In this document: piece by piece, positions 44,870 to 57,756 of the stretch | How positions within the stretch are numbered: the stretch's first letter is position 1 | How the letters are laid out: each line of letters starts with the position of its first letter | Assembly: GCA_000320545.1 (NCBI GenBank) | Contig: ADNK01000693.1 | Location: 1 to 64,000 of the forward strand | From: Bigelowiella natans CCMP2755 | Lineage: Eukaryota > Protista > Cercozoa | Reading direction: 5' to 3' | Length of the DNA: 64,000 bases | Notes under the pieces: generated by a model | Told to the model about the DNA's origin: nothing | Seen by the model: the letters and a program-made list of their open reading frames with translations, nothing else | Database searches by the model: none | Position numbers and translations under genes: made by a program

Positions 44870-45396
44870 ATGGCGCTCGAATGCGGCTACAAGAGCGTGC
44901 TTCACATGCCCCTCCCGGAGATCGGGGTTCGTTCACAGGGATGGTACAAAGTTCGAAGTGGCAGGCCGATTTTGAATAATGTGTAAACTCGGACATTGAA
45001 ACCTGCATCATGGAGGCTAAGCTTTTCGTTGACACTTGGTTCTGCGCGTCATGTCGGAAGAGACGTCTCACTTCTGTACTACAGATGTTGAGCGCTTGCT
45101 GAAAGAATCGACCGAGATAATCTTACAACATCCACAGAAAGAGGAATATTTTAAAATTTTGCCGAAGGTCTCTGGACGAGCAAATCAAAAGCTCCAAAAA
45201 GAAAGAAGGCACCGTGCAAGAAAAGGTCCAGGAAAGAACTGTTCACATTAGCAAAGATTGTCGGTTTCAGGTTGAGACTTTCGTCAAAAGTCATGGGTAG
45301 GGGTGCTGAAGTCATTGTCCATTGCTTTTCTTCAGATATTCCTCAAACTCTCGGGGGGCAGTGAACCCTCAGCTTGTTTCTTCAATCTGTTCCTGA
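44870..45396 (+). CDS. Small multi-exon hypothetical gene
   Basis: GT-AG-bounded blocks (…EEYFKILPK|VETFVKSH|GYSSNSRGAVNPQLVSSICS*). No homology recognised. Confidence 0.33.
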
Positions 45397-46180
45397 GATT
45401 CTAGCGAATTGCGCGTGAGTCCAGACGATGGTGATGCGATGCAGAGAAAGAGCTACACCGACATCCATCGACATCGCCGTGCCCACAGTCTGCGTGGATG
45501 CCGTTGGCATGATCGAAGGGCTGATGCTTTCTGTCCTTCCCCGGGAAAAGCGCAGAACCACAATGTGCTTGCATGTCAAGGCATCACACAAGCGCCATGC
45601 TCGTTGGACACGCATGCAGCATGCTGATGACTAGTGAGCCGAAAATCTGAGCAGCAAAGCGGCTTCGCAATGGATGCTGCTGTGCACGTTGCACGTGTGG
45701 GCAAACAAAAACAAACAAATGATGGAGCTTGGGCACAGCGGCGACCTTCTTTTGCGTGGCGCAGCTGGAGTTTTGCATGCGATTTCACATTGCAAGGCGT
45801 CACGCGTGTGAGCAGTGTTCGGCGAGCAATTGCGCAATGTCCACCTTCAATCAACAATGCAGACGAATTGACAAGTTTGATTTTGAAGATTCAACCTGCA
45901 CCATCACTTTCTTCAAACAATCTAGCAATGAACGTGTCTGTCATGGCGTGTTCGGTGCAGTGCAATCAACAACGTTTCCACCACGAGGAAACATTGTGAC
46001 CGATGTCATTGCTATTCCAAAATTGTTCAAAGCCAATCCACTTGCTAGCTTGATGAATCTGTGCAAATTTTTCCGTTTCATTCAGAATCATCAATGGACA
46101 CTGCAGCCTTTGCGACACCACTAGACCATGCTAGCATGCACAAGAATGAACAGCTTTTGGTGATTTTCATTTGCTCATGA
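45361..46180. other. Extremely TpA-depleted intergenic tract (survivors in CTAG/CTA context)
   Basis: Manual count gives 8 TA in ~820 bp: 6 CTAG, 1 CTAC, 1 CTAT. TG, CA and CG are abundant. Confidence 0.9.
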
Positions 46181-46493
46181 CACAATGTACTTAGCAGAGG
46201 CAAGATCTCGAAGATGAAGATCACATGGTTTGGCGCATGGCACAGTGGACGCATCGTACATGTCTAGGTGTTACGCAATTGCGTACAGCAATTTCATCAT
46301 GTGACATGTACATGTGTCTTTAATTTATCAAAAAGCCCAGTGTCCAAGCAATTCAGAATCATTCAGAGCTTAGCTACATTCATGAAGCAGGATCAACCTT
46401 GGATTTTTTAGTACAACAATACTCAATCTTCTGATCGCACCAGCACGTTCATAATATTCTCATACCTTCAAAAATACTAAGCACATATCTTTC

Positions 46494-46905
46494 TTATATT
46501 TTCTGGGTACGATAGGTTGTTCCGAAGGGGAGAGAGTAAGGACTTGTCTTCACCCATAAACCATCGAATATCATTAGCTTTGCTTTCGTTCCTTTAGATT
46601 TATCCGATTTCGCAATGCTAACAAGATATGCAACTTGATCAGGGATCTCATATTTGAACCCCCAGCTTGACCCCACATCGTGAGGTGCTTAAGTTTATGA
46701 TAAAACATTTGAAAATAATGACTCCAGTGGTACCACCTATTGCTGCTGAGAGTGAAAGTCCCCATGCCATAAGCACAACAATCGCTGCACTGGTGATCTT
46801 GTACTCCGAACCTTTCCTAGTGATAGTCATAGGATGCTTTGGAAAAATTATAAATTTTCTTGATGACACAGAATAAGGAGTGATCTGCACACACACTAAC
46901 GCACA

Positions 46906-46979
<74 letters not shown>

Positions 46980-47102
46980 TGATCATTCGCAATACTTTGG
47001 ACCAGTGTTGTTGAAAGTAACTTTCTCCTGTTGTGCAAACACAGCCGTCATCACTTACAAATGTTGAAGAGATGTGGATTAGTGAGACAATATATTTGAA
47101 AA

Positions 47103-47139
<37 letters not shown>

Positions 47140-48780
47140 CATAATATATAGTAAATATTCGATACGATTTATTGTGTTTTGTGAATTTTTACTATCAATT
47201 CTAAAGCTCGTAATCGTGTGGTATTTAGGGTCGCCTCAGGCTTTCATCTAAGCTAGGCTAAAAGTAATCTTAATCTCGATATTTTCTTCTCTCACCAAAA
47301 TGCCCATGGCTATCGTAGTGAAGGCGAAAGCAAGCGTCGCAATCCCCAAGAAACGGTGCAAAAGCAGAAGAAGTTTGCGGCCTATAGAAGATGCATGAGT
47401 ATAAATGGGTCAGTGGGATACTTCTCGTAATATTTAAACATACTCTGATGAGAGATATAGCTTTCGGGCATCAAAAATGCTAGGCCTCCAAGGTACTCAA
47501 TTCCGTAGAGAGCAATAGTAGCTATTCCAAACCTATCGTGGAAGCAAAGACGAATAAAGATAACAGAATTTATTAAAGAACACATTATGCTGCTTTTCAA
47601 AACTACATAAATTATTACCAGCTATGAGACGAGTACATGTTTACAATGTCATTCTCGTTATGGAACTTGAACACTGCATACAAACCAACCTGATGCGTGT
47701 TATATAAGCATATTCATGATGTCATACAGTTGGCTCTATGTGGGAGAAAGACGATTTAACACTCACCGAAGCAATTCAAATAAGGTGCAGTTACATACTA
47801 TCGCCATCATGCGTCACTATGCAGCACAATCCATAATTTTTGCTCGTTAGCAGAACTGATAGCTGACTCACCGCTGAAAATATCCATGCAGACGTGTGCC
47901 AGAAAAGATGCAGCATTTTATTCACAAGTTTTGGTAGTGGCAAAGCATATGAAAGAACAGCTTGGGTCGCGCAAAAACTAATCGATTTACAATTATCATC
48001 AATAATTTGGTTGAGAAATGGTAATGATTTTGATGCTACTGACGGTGCTGATGATGACAATGATGATGAAAACGAACAGTGATGCCCATGGAAACAAGGG
48101 ATAAGAAAATAGATGGCATGAAGTCGCTAAACACAATCTCCGCTTATGTCCATTCTTAAACGCGCAGTAGCATGATTATTTTCAACGGTGGAAGCTTATT
48201 ATTTGCAGCACCAAAATCCAGTTGTCATAAGCACTGGATGCCAGTTAAAAACCTGATAGTTGAAGAAGAGAAAGAATGACACAAACAGTTAAAAACCTGA
48301 TAGTTGAAGGAAAGACAGAATGGCACAAACACATTGCACGGCTTTAACACACACATGCTAGAAAGATATTAACGATAGATATTAAGGTCAACCTTAGGTG
48401 ATTTATTCTCCCAGTTAAACCCTTGTTTTTGGGAGTCTTCTGCGTTGTAGCTCATCATCCATGCGAATATTAGTACCACGAGCAGTGTTGCGGTAACATG
48501 TGCGACGAGCAAAGACGGAAAGTACATATTCCCAAAATCACCCTAACATTTATTGCCATTTTTGTCGATATTAATGGAATAGCCGACGAGATAGAAAGAA
48601 ACCGTTGGTGAGGCACCTTTGCATCTGATAGCTTCTGCTCTTCGTCCGTAAGCAATCTACAAAATCCAGTTAAAATATTGAAGGTTGTTCCGAAATGTTA
48701 CACTTCATGAACGGATGATACGCATACCCCTTCTGCTCTTCTACATCTTGAGCGCACTCATCATGCCCAGACTCTAACAT
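46494..48780 (-). CDS. Cytochrome b561 family (ascorbate-dependent transmembrane reductase), multi-exon; 3' end approximate
   Basis: VFNWHPVLMTTGF (~48210-48252), KMLHLFWH, GLYAVFKFHNENDIVNMYSSHSW and LHRFLGIATLAFAFTTIAMG supply the four heme-ligating His motifs. Confidence 0.85.
48242..48329. repeat. 44-bp tandem duplication spanning a 3' splice site
   Basis: Two copies (48242-48285 and 48286-48329) with ~4 mismatches. Each contains ...caactatcag|GTTTTTAACTG on the minus strand. Confidence 0.85.
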
Positions 48781-49204
48781 TTTTCTGTGTCGAAATCTGG
48801 GACAGTGGAGATGCAAGTACACATGTGCTGGAGCCTAACAACGATTTCGCCCCTCTCTCCACTCCTTCCTTTTTCTTCTTCTTCTTCTTCTTCTGTTTGC
48901 GACTTAAAATATTTTCTTGTCGTACATCATAGTTACCACCTATTTTATCATTTTCCAGACCTGGACTACCTTCTTAATACTACAAAAAGTATTTTTTCCT
49001 AGTTTCCTACAATTTAATTTATCTTACAAATGTGATCTTCTACATTTTTTCACGACTTAGAAATTTGGTGTAACGAGTGTTGTGTCTCAACTGGTAGATG
49101 TTTTTGGTTGGCAGATTGTTGTTGTTGTTTGTTGCTGTTAGTTAGTTAGTTCCTGTTGTTGTTGCGACTTGAGAATGACCAATACTAAGATACTACTAGC
49201 TAAA

Positions 49205-49235
<31 letters not shown>

Positions 49236-49338
49236 ATTGTTGCCGGCCACAGCTCCTCAGCAATGGCGATCATTTTTTTCATCTGAGCAGATACCTTCCC
49301 CTCCTCAATTTTCAGTCCCTCGGAAACATTATGACCCC

Positions 49339-50728
49339 ATGCCAAAGCAATATTGGCCCAATGCTGTTCTATGCCGATTGCAAATTGGAACTCTCTTTCT
49401 CTTCGTCTTCTCCATCGGCACTTTTTCACAGAAGCCAGGTCTAAATTTCCCCCACCGTCATTCACGCCTCCCTGATTGAATGTGTTGCAGCTCGAAGGAG
49501 ATATGTTCTGAGCTGTACCCGATTCGAGATATTGAAGAAATATGATACAGATGGTCCACCTAAGGGGACGCCAGCAGCATTTGAAGCAGTATTGTTCCCG
49601 AAGGAAAGCAACTTAAACGAGATTAAAAACCATACCCGAAACAATTTTTCTCTCCTTCAGAAATGCATGAAAACACGCATCCGTGGTGGCTCAAGTATCT
49701 GTCAAAGTTTCCAATCTAGACAAAGCCTTAATATCAGCAAATTTGCTGCAAAAAAGGAACTCCATCGGTGTGAAGAAGAGATAAGGAGATTACGTTCGCT
49801 TGGCGTGCAGCCAACTACAAAGGCGTTCTCCGATACAATTGTTGCATTCATAGAAGATGGCCGTACATCTCGGGCTGAACATTGGTACAGTGAAATGTCT
49901 ATGGAAGGCTTAGATCTCCCTGTGAGTGTCTTTGCTCACATCCTTGAAATTTTAGCAAAAAATCCAACAAAAGATCTTGAAGCTACTGAAAGGTGGGTGT
50001 ACCGAACAGTGAGGAGGAATTACAGCTTCGAACCTGGCATTTTAGTATCTTTGAGCAATGCACGAATGAAATTAGGAAGCTTTCGTCAAGCTGAGACTTT
50101 TCTATCAATGGCCATTGATCGCAACAGCAACGTCACTGCAAAGCATATCAACGATCTTGTTATCTCTTGTGCTAGGGGTGGCAGTTTCGCAAGAGTGGAA
50201 AAATGGAGGAATAAATTACGAGAAGAATATATGACGGATCTTAAACCAATGTCTTTTCTAATAATCATCTGGGCTGCTGCCGAAAAGGAGGTGAAAGAAG
50301 ACAAAATAATGGCATGGATGCGGATTCTCTTCGAAACATACAGTAACCACCCAGATCTTGATAGCGAGCAAGGCCGTGAAACCATCCAAATTGTCGCGAA
50401 AAGACTAGGGGATATAGGGAAATGGCAAGAAGCCCGAACACTTCTGTACAACGCGGTAGAGGCTGGGATAACTCCAAATGCTGATGCTTGTAGCTATGTT
50501 GTCAGGGCTCTTGTGGATGCTGAGGAAATTGACCTGGCGGATGAACTCCTCGAAAGAATGATTGAAGCTAGGATGCTTCCAAATACAATTGCGTTCACCT
50601 CATATATCAATCACTGTGTACGAAGCAATTCCACTCAAAAAGCGGAGCATTGGTTGCAGCGTTGTGGTGCTATGAACGCGAAATGGGCAGAAATCTTTCG
50701 ACGGGTCCCGACGGAGCACTTAGGATAA
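49339..50728 (+). CDS. Pentatricopeptide-repeat (PPR) protein with predicted bipartite organelle leader
   Basis: PPR motifs GVQPTTKAFSDTIVAF..GRTSRAEHWYSEM, GITPNADACSYVVRALVDA..., MLPNTIAFTSYINHC. Exon 1 (MPKQYW...LFLFVFSIG) splices in frame via an intron at ~49439-49489 to ARRRYVLS...TRIRGG. Confidence 0.8.
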
Positions 50729-51871
50729 TTCGAAGTAATATTCGCTTACTTACAGACTAATGATAAATATAAGGCAGGAGAAACGACAAAGGTATGAAGT
50801 TGATATTAGTTTATCTGCTTCGAGTGTTGTGTGACTACTGAGTTCCCAGGTATATGTTGATACGGCAACACATGAACATCATTACACGTGCTGTGGGGTG
50901 CGTATTTAGATTGGTGTAGGACAAGGTATGATATAGAGTATGTATCATCGATCACAGATGTACGAAATAATGCCGGGATGTTTGTGGGCTAGCCATAGTT
51001 ATCATCATGTTATTGTCAATATGTTTCTATTACTAACAGTCGATGCTTGCTTGCTAGCTAAAATACTTGCCAAATGCTATGATATTAGTCTCCCAAATAA
51101 ACCAGGGTATTATAATACGACGGTGTAGTGCTGGCGCCTGTAAATATATAGAGCAGCATAATACCACGCGGCGCATAAACAACTTTGCTTACATGAGCGG
51201 CGTATCGGAGTCGTACGATAATGCTGCTACGCACACATGTCGTTATGCGTATCTGCATTTATCCACATTTTAGCCATAGTCGAGACGTAGGCTTTATTAT
51301 TTGCGAGTGAACGAGCGAAATGAGTAAACCTTATAAGAAACATAACTATGTAGCTGTGTATTATGTACGCATGGACAGCAGTGCACGAAAGAAGCATACT
51401 GCTTAGTACATAGCCTCAGCGCGCAAAGCACGACGTACATGATAGACCAAATTGCAATGCTTTATTTCTCATCATGCATGCAATATGTGACAAAGGAAAC
51501 ATATATATATAAACAAACAGATACAACTTAAGCGCTGTATCGTAGCCGCTGGATTGCACAGCTACATTAAGATGACAATTAATTGAAAAAATTTAAACAT
51601 TTCATTACATCCGTCTTATAGCCTCAGCGCACAAGACTAGCAGAGATTACTTCATATAGTAAACGACGACACAGCAATGCTTGCGCTGTGTGCATGCACG
51701 CTGATGTAGTTCATGTACATGTCATATATAATACGCGCGCACAATCTATCTTCGTCAAATGATAGATCTGCACAGCATCACAATAAGGTACGTTTCCAGA
51801 TGTTTTAGCTTTCGCCTTGTGTTCGCAATGAAATTGCGTAATGATTTTAGTAAAACGGATTGGCTTCAGCC

Positions 51872-53130
51872 TCACAGCATGCCTTCTGTCTCTAAAGATT
51901 GTGGAATCTGAGCCGTTCCTACATTCATAAACTCATGACGCAGCGATGCCAAATGTTGTGAGCGTTGAAATTGTCGTAACCTACGGGTGACCTCCAGATG
52001 CTCTCCCAGGAGGGAAAGAGGTCGGCCGTGAGCATTTGCCATATGATTTTCATATGTTTTCTGGCATGATTTCAGGTCCAAATTCTGATAAGCCATCAAA
52101 AATGCGGTGGGTGGGGCAATTGAGAAAAGATCACCGATCTCATTCCCACCAAATACCAGAACCGACTCATCTTTATGAATGGCTTCGTGTATGAATCTAG
52201 CAGCACTCACAATCTCGGAGGCGAATGCGTCACCTGTTTGGTTGAGATTTAACTCCAAGATACTGATGCCCCTGGCTTCTAATTCAAGCCTTGCCGGGGT
52301 GGGTATTGTAGCATTAGCGGTATTAATAATGTGAGTGATCCCTAGCTGAGAAATTTTCTCTGGGTCGCTCACTTGACGTAGGTTTCCAAGCCAGACCTTT
52401 CCACTACTTTCGTCAGTAGAAGTAGAGGTGGTTGGGGTAAGTGGTAATGGTACAAGGTTTGAGTCTCTGGATCCCCTGCCATTGATTTTGTTATATGGTC
52501 TCGAAAAGGACTCACGTAAATTTTGAAGAGCAAGCATACGAATATTCGGCTTTGGCAAAGACGATGACTTAATGCGTGGTTGTTCGAAATTTTGTATATC
52601 CCTAAGAGCTGCTGCTGCATCCTGTTCATGCCATGATTTCAATGTTCTTTTCTGCTTCTTAAAGAAGCAATTATATTTTCTTTCTTGCTCAATGATCCAG
52701 TCTTTCAGACAATCAGGCCTCTTATCGTGTTTGAAAACAGATTTGCCACACCTTAAACATGGGTAGAGCTTATGTCCCCAAATGAACTCTTTCTTTCCCT
52801 TTTTATCCTTTCGCACGACAGGGGGTCTTAGTGCGTAATTGTCGCAAGCCTTAGGCTCTTGCCAAATCATTCTGCCTTGCATAATCCTTACTCCATAGCA
52901 GGTAGCTGCCATGGCACCCACCACACCTCCCCATATGTTGAAATATTCAAGTCTCATTTCATTGTGGTACGGTTCCCACTCGCGTATCCAAGGTGGAAGA
53001 AGCGCTATTGCGGTTATTACAAGGGGAATGTATCCCATGATGATATCACTTAATAGGATGAAAGGGGTAGTAGTAGGCTCTCTATGAAAGAACCCCTCTT
53101 TGGTCCGCCATTCGAAAACTACTATCTAAG
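51872..53130 (-). CDS. Membrane-anchored dual-specificity phosphatase-like protein, catalytically degenerate; 5' end uncertain
   Basis: DSP fold motifs VWLGN, LGITHIINTA, ARFIHEA, VLV, AFLM. The HCxxGxxR site is replaced by FGGNEIGDLFS. There are N-terminal hydrophobic helices and a C...CLRC....H motif. Confidence 0.72.
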
Positions 53131-53330
53131 ATTAAAATTCCCATGTAATTATCCATAGCGACATGCGAATCATGTCGAAGATTTCAAAAAATACCACTCT
53201 GGCTGATTTAGCATGTCTTCGCCCAGAAAAGGCCTTTAAGTTTGCTGTTAGTTACAAAAGTATGTCGTATCATATAAAACACAATACATTTAGTGTATCT
53301 TTCTGAATTTTAATTGCCTGAATTAAGAAC

Positions 53331-53354
53331 TAAACCCGAGTCGACTCGGCTTTA
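53331..53354. promoter_or_regulatory. Palindrome in short bidirectional promoter
   Basis: taaac CCGAGTCGACTCGG cttta has a perfect 14-bp core and spans 24 bp with one mismatched pair. It lies between the divergent DSP-like and RCC1 genes. Function is inferred only. Confidence 0.45.
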
Positions 53355-53411
53355 AAACCAATCGACGTGGACGCCATACTCTCTGGTCTCTGGTGGAGCA
53401 GTAGAATAATA

Positions 53412-55125
53412 ATGGCTGCCTCACGAATTTCCCTTATTCGTATGCGTCTCGACCTAGCAATTGGCATGATAATACGAAGATGCAGTCGAGCACCAACAGC
53501 TTTAGTTCTACCTTTGGTTGCTTCGGGAGGTTACCTTGCATGCGTTTACGGCCATGGGGCCTGTGCTAGTGAGCGGCAAGCTGCCTTTACATGCGAGATT
53601 TTGGGGAATTCTAACGCTCCCAAAAACCAGCCTATTGTCGGCCATCATCTTGCTTCTGTGTCGCATATAGATATTGGAAAGGGGAAAACGACAGTGGTAG
53701 ATAGGGAGGGCTTGATGGTGAAAACGTGGAGAAACAACGGGATCGACGACGCCGTGAAATTATTGAGAGTTCCGCCTGGAGAAGTCATCATACGCGTAAT
53801 TCAAAATCATATGAAACAGCAAACAGAAATGCGCGAAGAAACCTGCAAATATATTATTTCTTTCCTTCCTAAAATCGTTCCATGCTATTATCCTTGGTAG
53901 GCCGTCTCAAACCGTAATGGCGTCTATGGCCTTACAAGCTTAGGCCACCTTTTCCACTGGTCAAAGTACACTGGATGGAACCCAACACCCATTGCCATTG
54001 ACCCTTCCGCAACGATGGCAATTGGCAGCAAGGCTAATATCAGCAGCTGTGGAAGAGGACAAGAAGGAAAGTTGCTTGATATAGCAGCTGGCGACGCGCA
54101 TATTGTGTGCTTGTCTTCCGATGGTAGAGCCTACGCCTTAGGAGATAATACTTTTGGCCAATGCGGGAAACGGCAGTCGTCATCATCCTCAACGTCATCA
54201 TCTTCCTTCTTCAAATCTAGCACCAGGTAAAAAGGGGGAGAAAGAGAAAAATAATCGATATAAGATTGACAGATTAAGTAAGATAGACGTTGGAGGATAT
54301 TTTCAGGAAGCTAATTTCGCGATAACCTATATTATTGTGTATACGAAGTAATGGTAGCTTATTTGGCGACGTAAATGAAGATACATCTCATTACTCATCC
54401 AGTACGGTGGGAATGGAGAAGAGGAGAAGCATTCGACAACAACACGACGAACTTAATAATCTTCTACTTCTTCGCGAGATGCCTATTTGCGCAACAAGAG
54501 ATGACAACGAAGGTCATATCACTACTTCCTCCTCGTTTTCGTACATAGAACCAAAGCTTCTTCTTCACCTTCCTAGGAGTCGCAGTTCGGTTTGTTAAGG
54601 TAGCTTGCGGAGCAGCACATACACTCTTAGTGAGCGAAGGTGGAGAGGTGTATGGCTGTGGCCTTGACCGATGGATGCAACTTGGTCATTCCGTAAATTG
54701 GCACAATGGATCCTCATTCCAGACGCGTTTACGAAGAATCAATAACCTGCATGACTCATGCCTGTTACCAGGCGAGGAAGTAATACAAGTAGCATGCGGA
54801 GCAGATCACTCAATGTGCCTAACATCACATGGAAATGTCTACACATGGGGTCTACATAAAAATGGACAACTGGGAAGAAGACTCCGAACAAAGTATGGAG
54901 AGCCAATGATAGTGAAGGGGTTGCCTCGAAAGGAGCAGCAGGGAACAAAGAGAGGAGGAGATTCAGAAAGGAGTGTGGTGATCCAAGAGGTCAGAACTCA
55001 ACAACTGATTTATTGACGGGTTTTTCTATGCAAACCCCTCTTCCTCTACAAATCTTCTTGCCTTCTCACCGGCCTCCAATACACAAACACACACACACAC
55101 ACACATATGTAATCAATATCTATAA

Positions 55126-55172
<47 letters not shown>

Positions 55173-55447
55173 GTGTGTGTGTGTGCGTGTGTGTGTGTGT
55201 GTGTGTGTATTGTTCAATAATCATCTGTGCTTTATCATTGTAAAAAACGCTCTCCCTCTAGATTGCCAGTGGAAAGGAGCACTGTGTTGCACTTGATAGT
55301 AGGGGAGAGTTGTGGGGATGGGGCCGTAACAACTATGGACAACTTGGCAGAGACAATGAGCGAATCGTGTGGCAACCTATGCGTATAGCAGCACCAGCAA
55401 AAAAAGGTCACAACCATTGTACACTGCTCATATCTCTTGTGGAATGA
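53412..55447 (+). CDS. RCC1-repeat (beta-propeller) protein, probably mitochondrial (RCC1L-like)
   Basis: IAAGDAHIVCLSSDGRAYALGDNTFGQCG, VACGAAHTL..GEVYGCG, VACGADHS..GNVYTWG...GQLG, IASGKEHCVAL..GELWGWGRNNYGQLG. N-terminus is Arg-rich (MAASRISLIRMR). Confidence 0.85.
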
Positions 55448-56385
55448 CTAGTTTGAAGTAATATGTAAACTAGCAAATGACAGGAGAACGTTGGTAATCG
55501 GCAAGTTTTATGTAACAGGATGTAACAAGCAAAGGGATAAAGAAGCGGATTTTTTGTCACCAAGAATAAAGGAACTTCGAATTGAAAAGGTTTATGCTGG
55601 AAACTGGGCAACTGCGATTTTACTGCAGCACTGATTGCTGTACGCCAGTTTTATACCACCACACTACTCAGAATAAGTAGTGACCTGAGAAAGTGTCTAT
55701 GGAATAAATGTGCACTGCACTCACAGCAACTATAGCATCACAAGTTACATCAGCAAAGGCGATCAAAGATGTTATGCAAATCTAGATGTAGCGATAGCTG
55801 GCTAATTCAGCATGCGCAGCAAACAATTACGATACACGAATAAGTTATGGCGGTCAGAAGATAGATCAGTAGGATTAGCAAGCAAAACTAAACATGATCT
55901 GTTAGATGTTTAACGTCGTGGCAACAACTAACAAACATCTACACGTTGACAACAAATGTCATGCACTCACACCGCTGTGCTCGGCTTTTGCATGCAAAGT
56001 AGAGATCTATAGATCAGCATGGCAATTAATCTGAAAATTGTGACCATTGACATGCGTGCGCGTACGTACTGAGTCGTTGCGCTCATCACCAGCCAGCTGG
56101 CCAGCTAGCAAGGTTGCAAGCGGCACGAAGGTGTCATTGTGAATATGCCATTCATATGACAGCAGTTGCAGTTTGGAAGTGTACATGCGTGATTATGGAT
56201 GCTATATAGAACTGCTACTCGTTAATAGGTGATACAAAAGGCAGGCTGGGCTCACAGAACATTCATACATTGATGCTGGCAATTTGTTTGGATAACATCG
56301 CAATCCTTTTGAACATGCATGCATAAAAAGATAATGGGAATGCGGCATAGTCACATGGAAGTCACACAGGTGGAGATTCTCTCTT

Positions 56386-57574
56386 TCAATCTTTTCGTGA
56401 TGGTGAAAGACCATCTTTTGGAACAGCATATAGCATAGGGATCCATGGTACCACATGGCCGTCTATCCGTAGAACCTTCAGTAGAGTGGTGATGTGTATA
56501 ATGATCATGCAATTATCAGCTATTATTTCAACTAACACATCCATATAGTAGAGAATGTGTATGCATTTCTCTACCTAACATCAAGTGCTGTGCTCTACCA
56601 ATGCACTTCCAATCATAAAGAAGCACTTAAAAACAGATGACAAGCAGTTCAGTTCTATTTGTTAGACATAAATACCTCCAGCAATGACTGGTTTTCACCA
56701 AGCGTAAGCATTTCCATCTCGCTTTGATCATTGTGATGGTGGCTTTGCTCAACGTTGTCACTCACAGCATCTATACCCGAAGGAAAAAGAAAGACAAACG
56801 AAAAGCGTAGTGATGTGAGTAGAAAATAGACAATGGTCCCCTTTATTTCGATTACCAAGAGAGAGAAGAGAGAAGGAAGGGGGTGGAAGGAAAAAGGGGA
56901 CGTGACAAAACTGCTGGAAGATTTGTGCATTGGAACTTGATGAAAACGACGACGATGTGTGCATCATGATTTGATTCTTTACCTTCATCCCATCCGTCCT
57001 GTAATCGAGACACTAGCTGGTCTTTTGTAAGATTAGGAGGAGGAGGACACTGATTTGACGAAGAAGTTGCTGTTAGTGCCTACGGAGAAGGACGAGTTTA
57101 TGATATATCAATAATATTACTGGTTAATATTTGTAGTAGTAGTAGTAGCTGTATATTGATGAGAAAATAGTTTGCAAGCAAATACTATCTATCTTTGCGT
57201 ATTGGTTGCTCATTACTTTTCTTCGGATACAAAGTTTGATATTATCACGGCGATAAATATTTTTTGAGTCCCATGGCAGCCTAGCAGTGCAAGGGTGGAT
57301 GATGCTCAAGATGGTGATGGTGATGAAGAATAAGAAATAATAGAGGGACAAACAAATGAAAAAAAAAAACATGATGGAACATTAGAACAGATTCTCCCTT
57401 AATTTCCAACACTTGCTTCTTTATTTCTTTCACTACTACAAGCACGCATACAACAAAGCAACGAAAGCAGCAGTCAACCCCCTTCTTCTCCTTCTCTTAC
57501 CTTGGGGAGTGAGTAAAGATGTTGTCGAGTTGTTGGCCTATCGTCTAGTATTTTTATTCACGCGCGCGCGCGCA

Positions 57575-57613
<39 letters not shown>

Positions 57614-57708
57614 GAGGGAGAAAGGGGGGAGTGTTGAAAAAGAGTTTATACGTTACGGAACCAATATTACAACAGTAAATCCTTTGCTCTCTCTCTCTCT
57701 CTCTCTCT

Positions 57709-57756
<48 letters not shown>

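Noticed and set aside
45382-46124. Dense cluster of overlapping ORFs on both strands
   Set aside because: Explained by TpA loss removing TAA/TAG stops. The translations are Cys/His/Ala/Arg-rich, almost Tyr-free, and have no domain.
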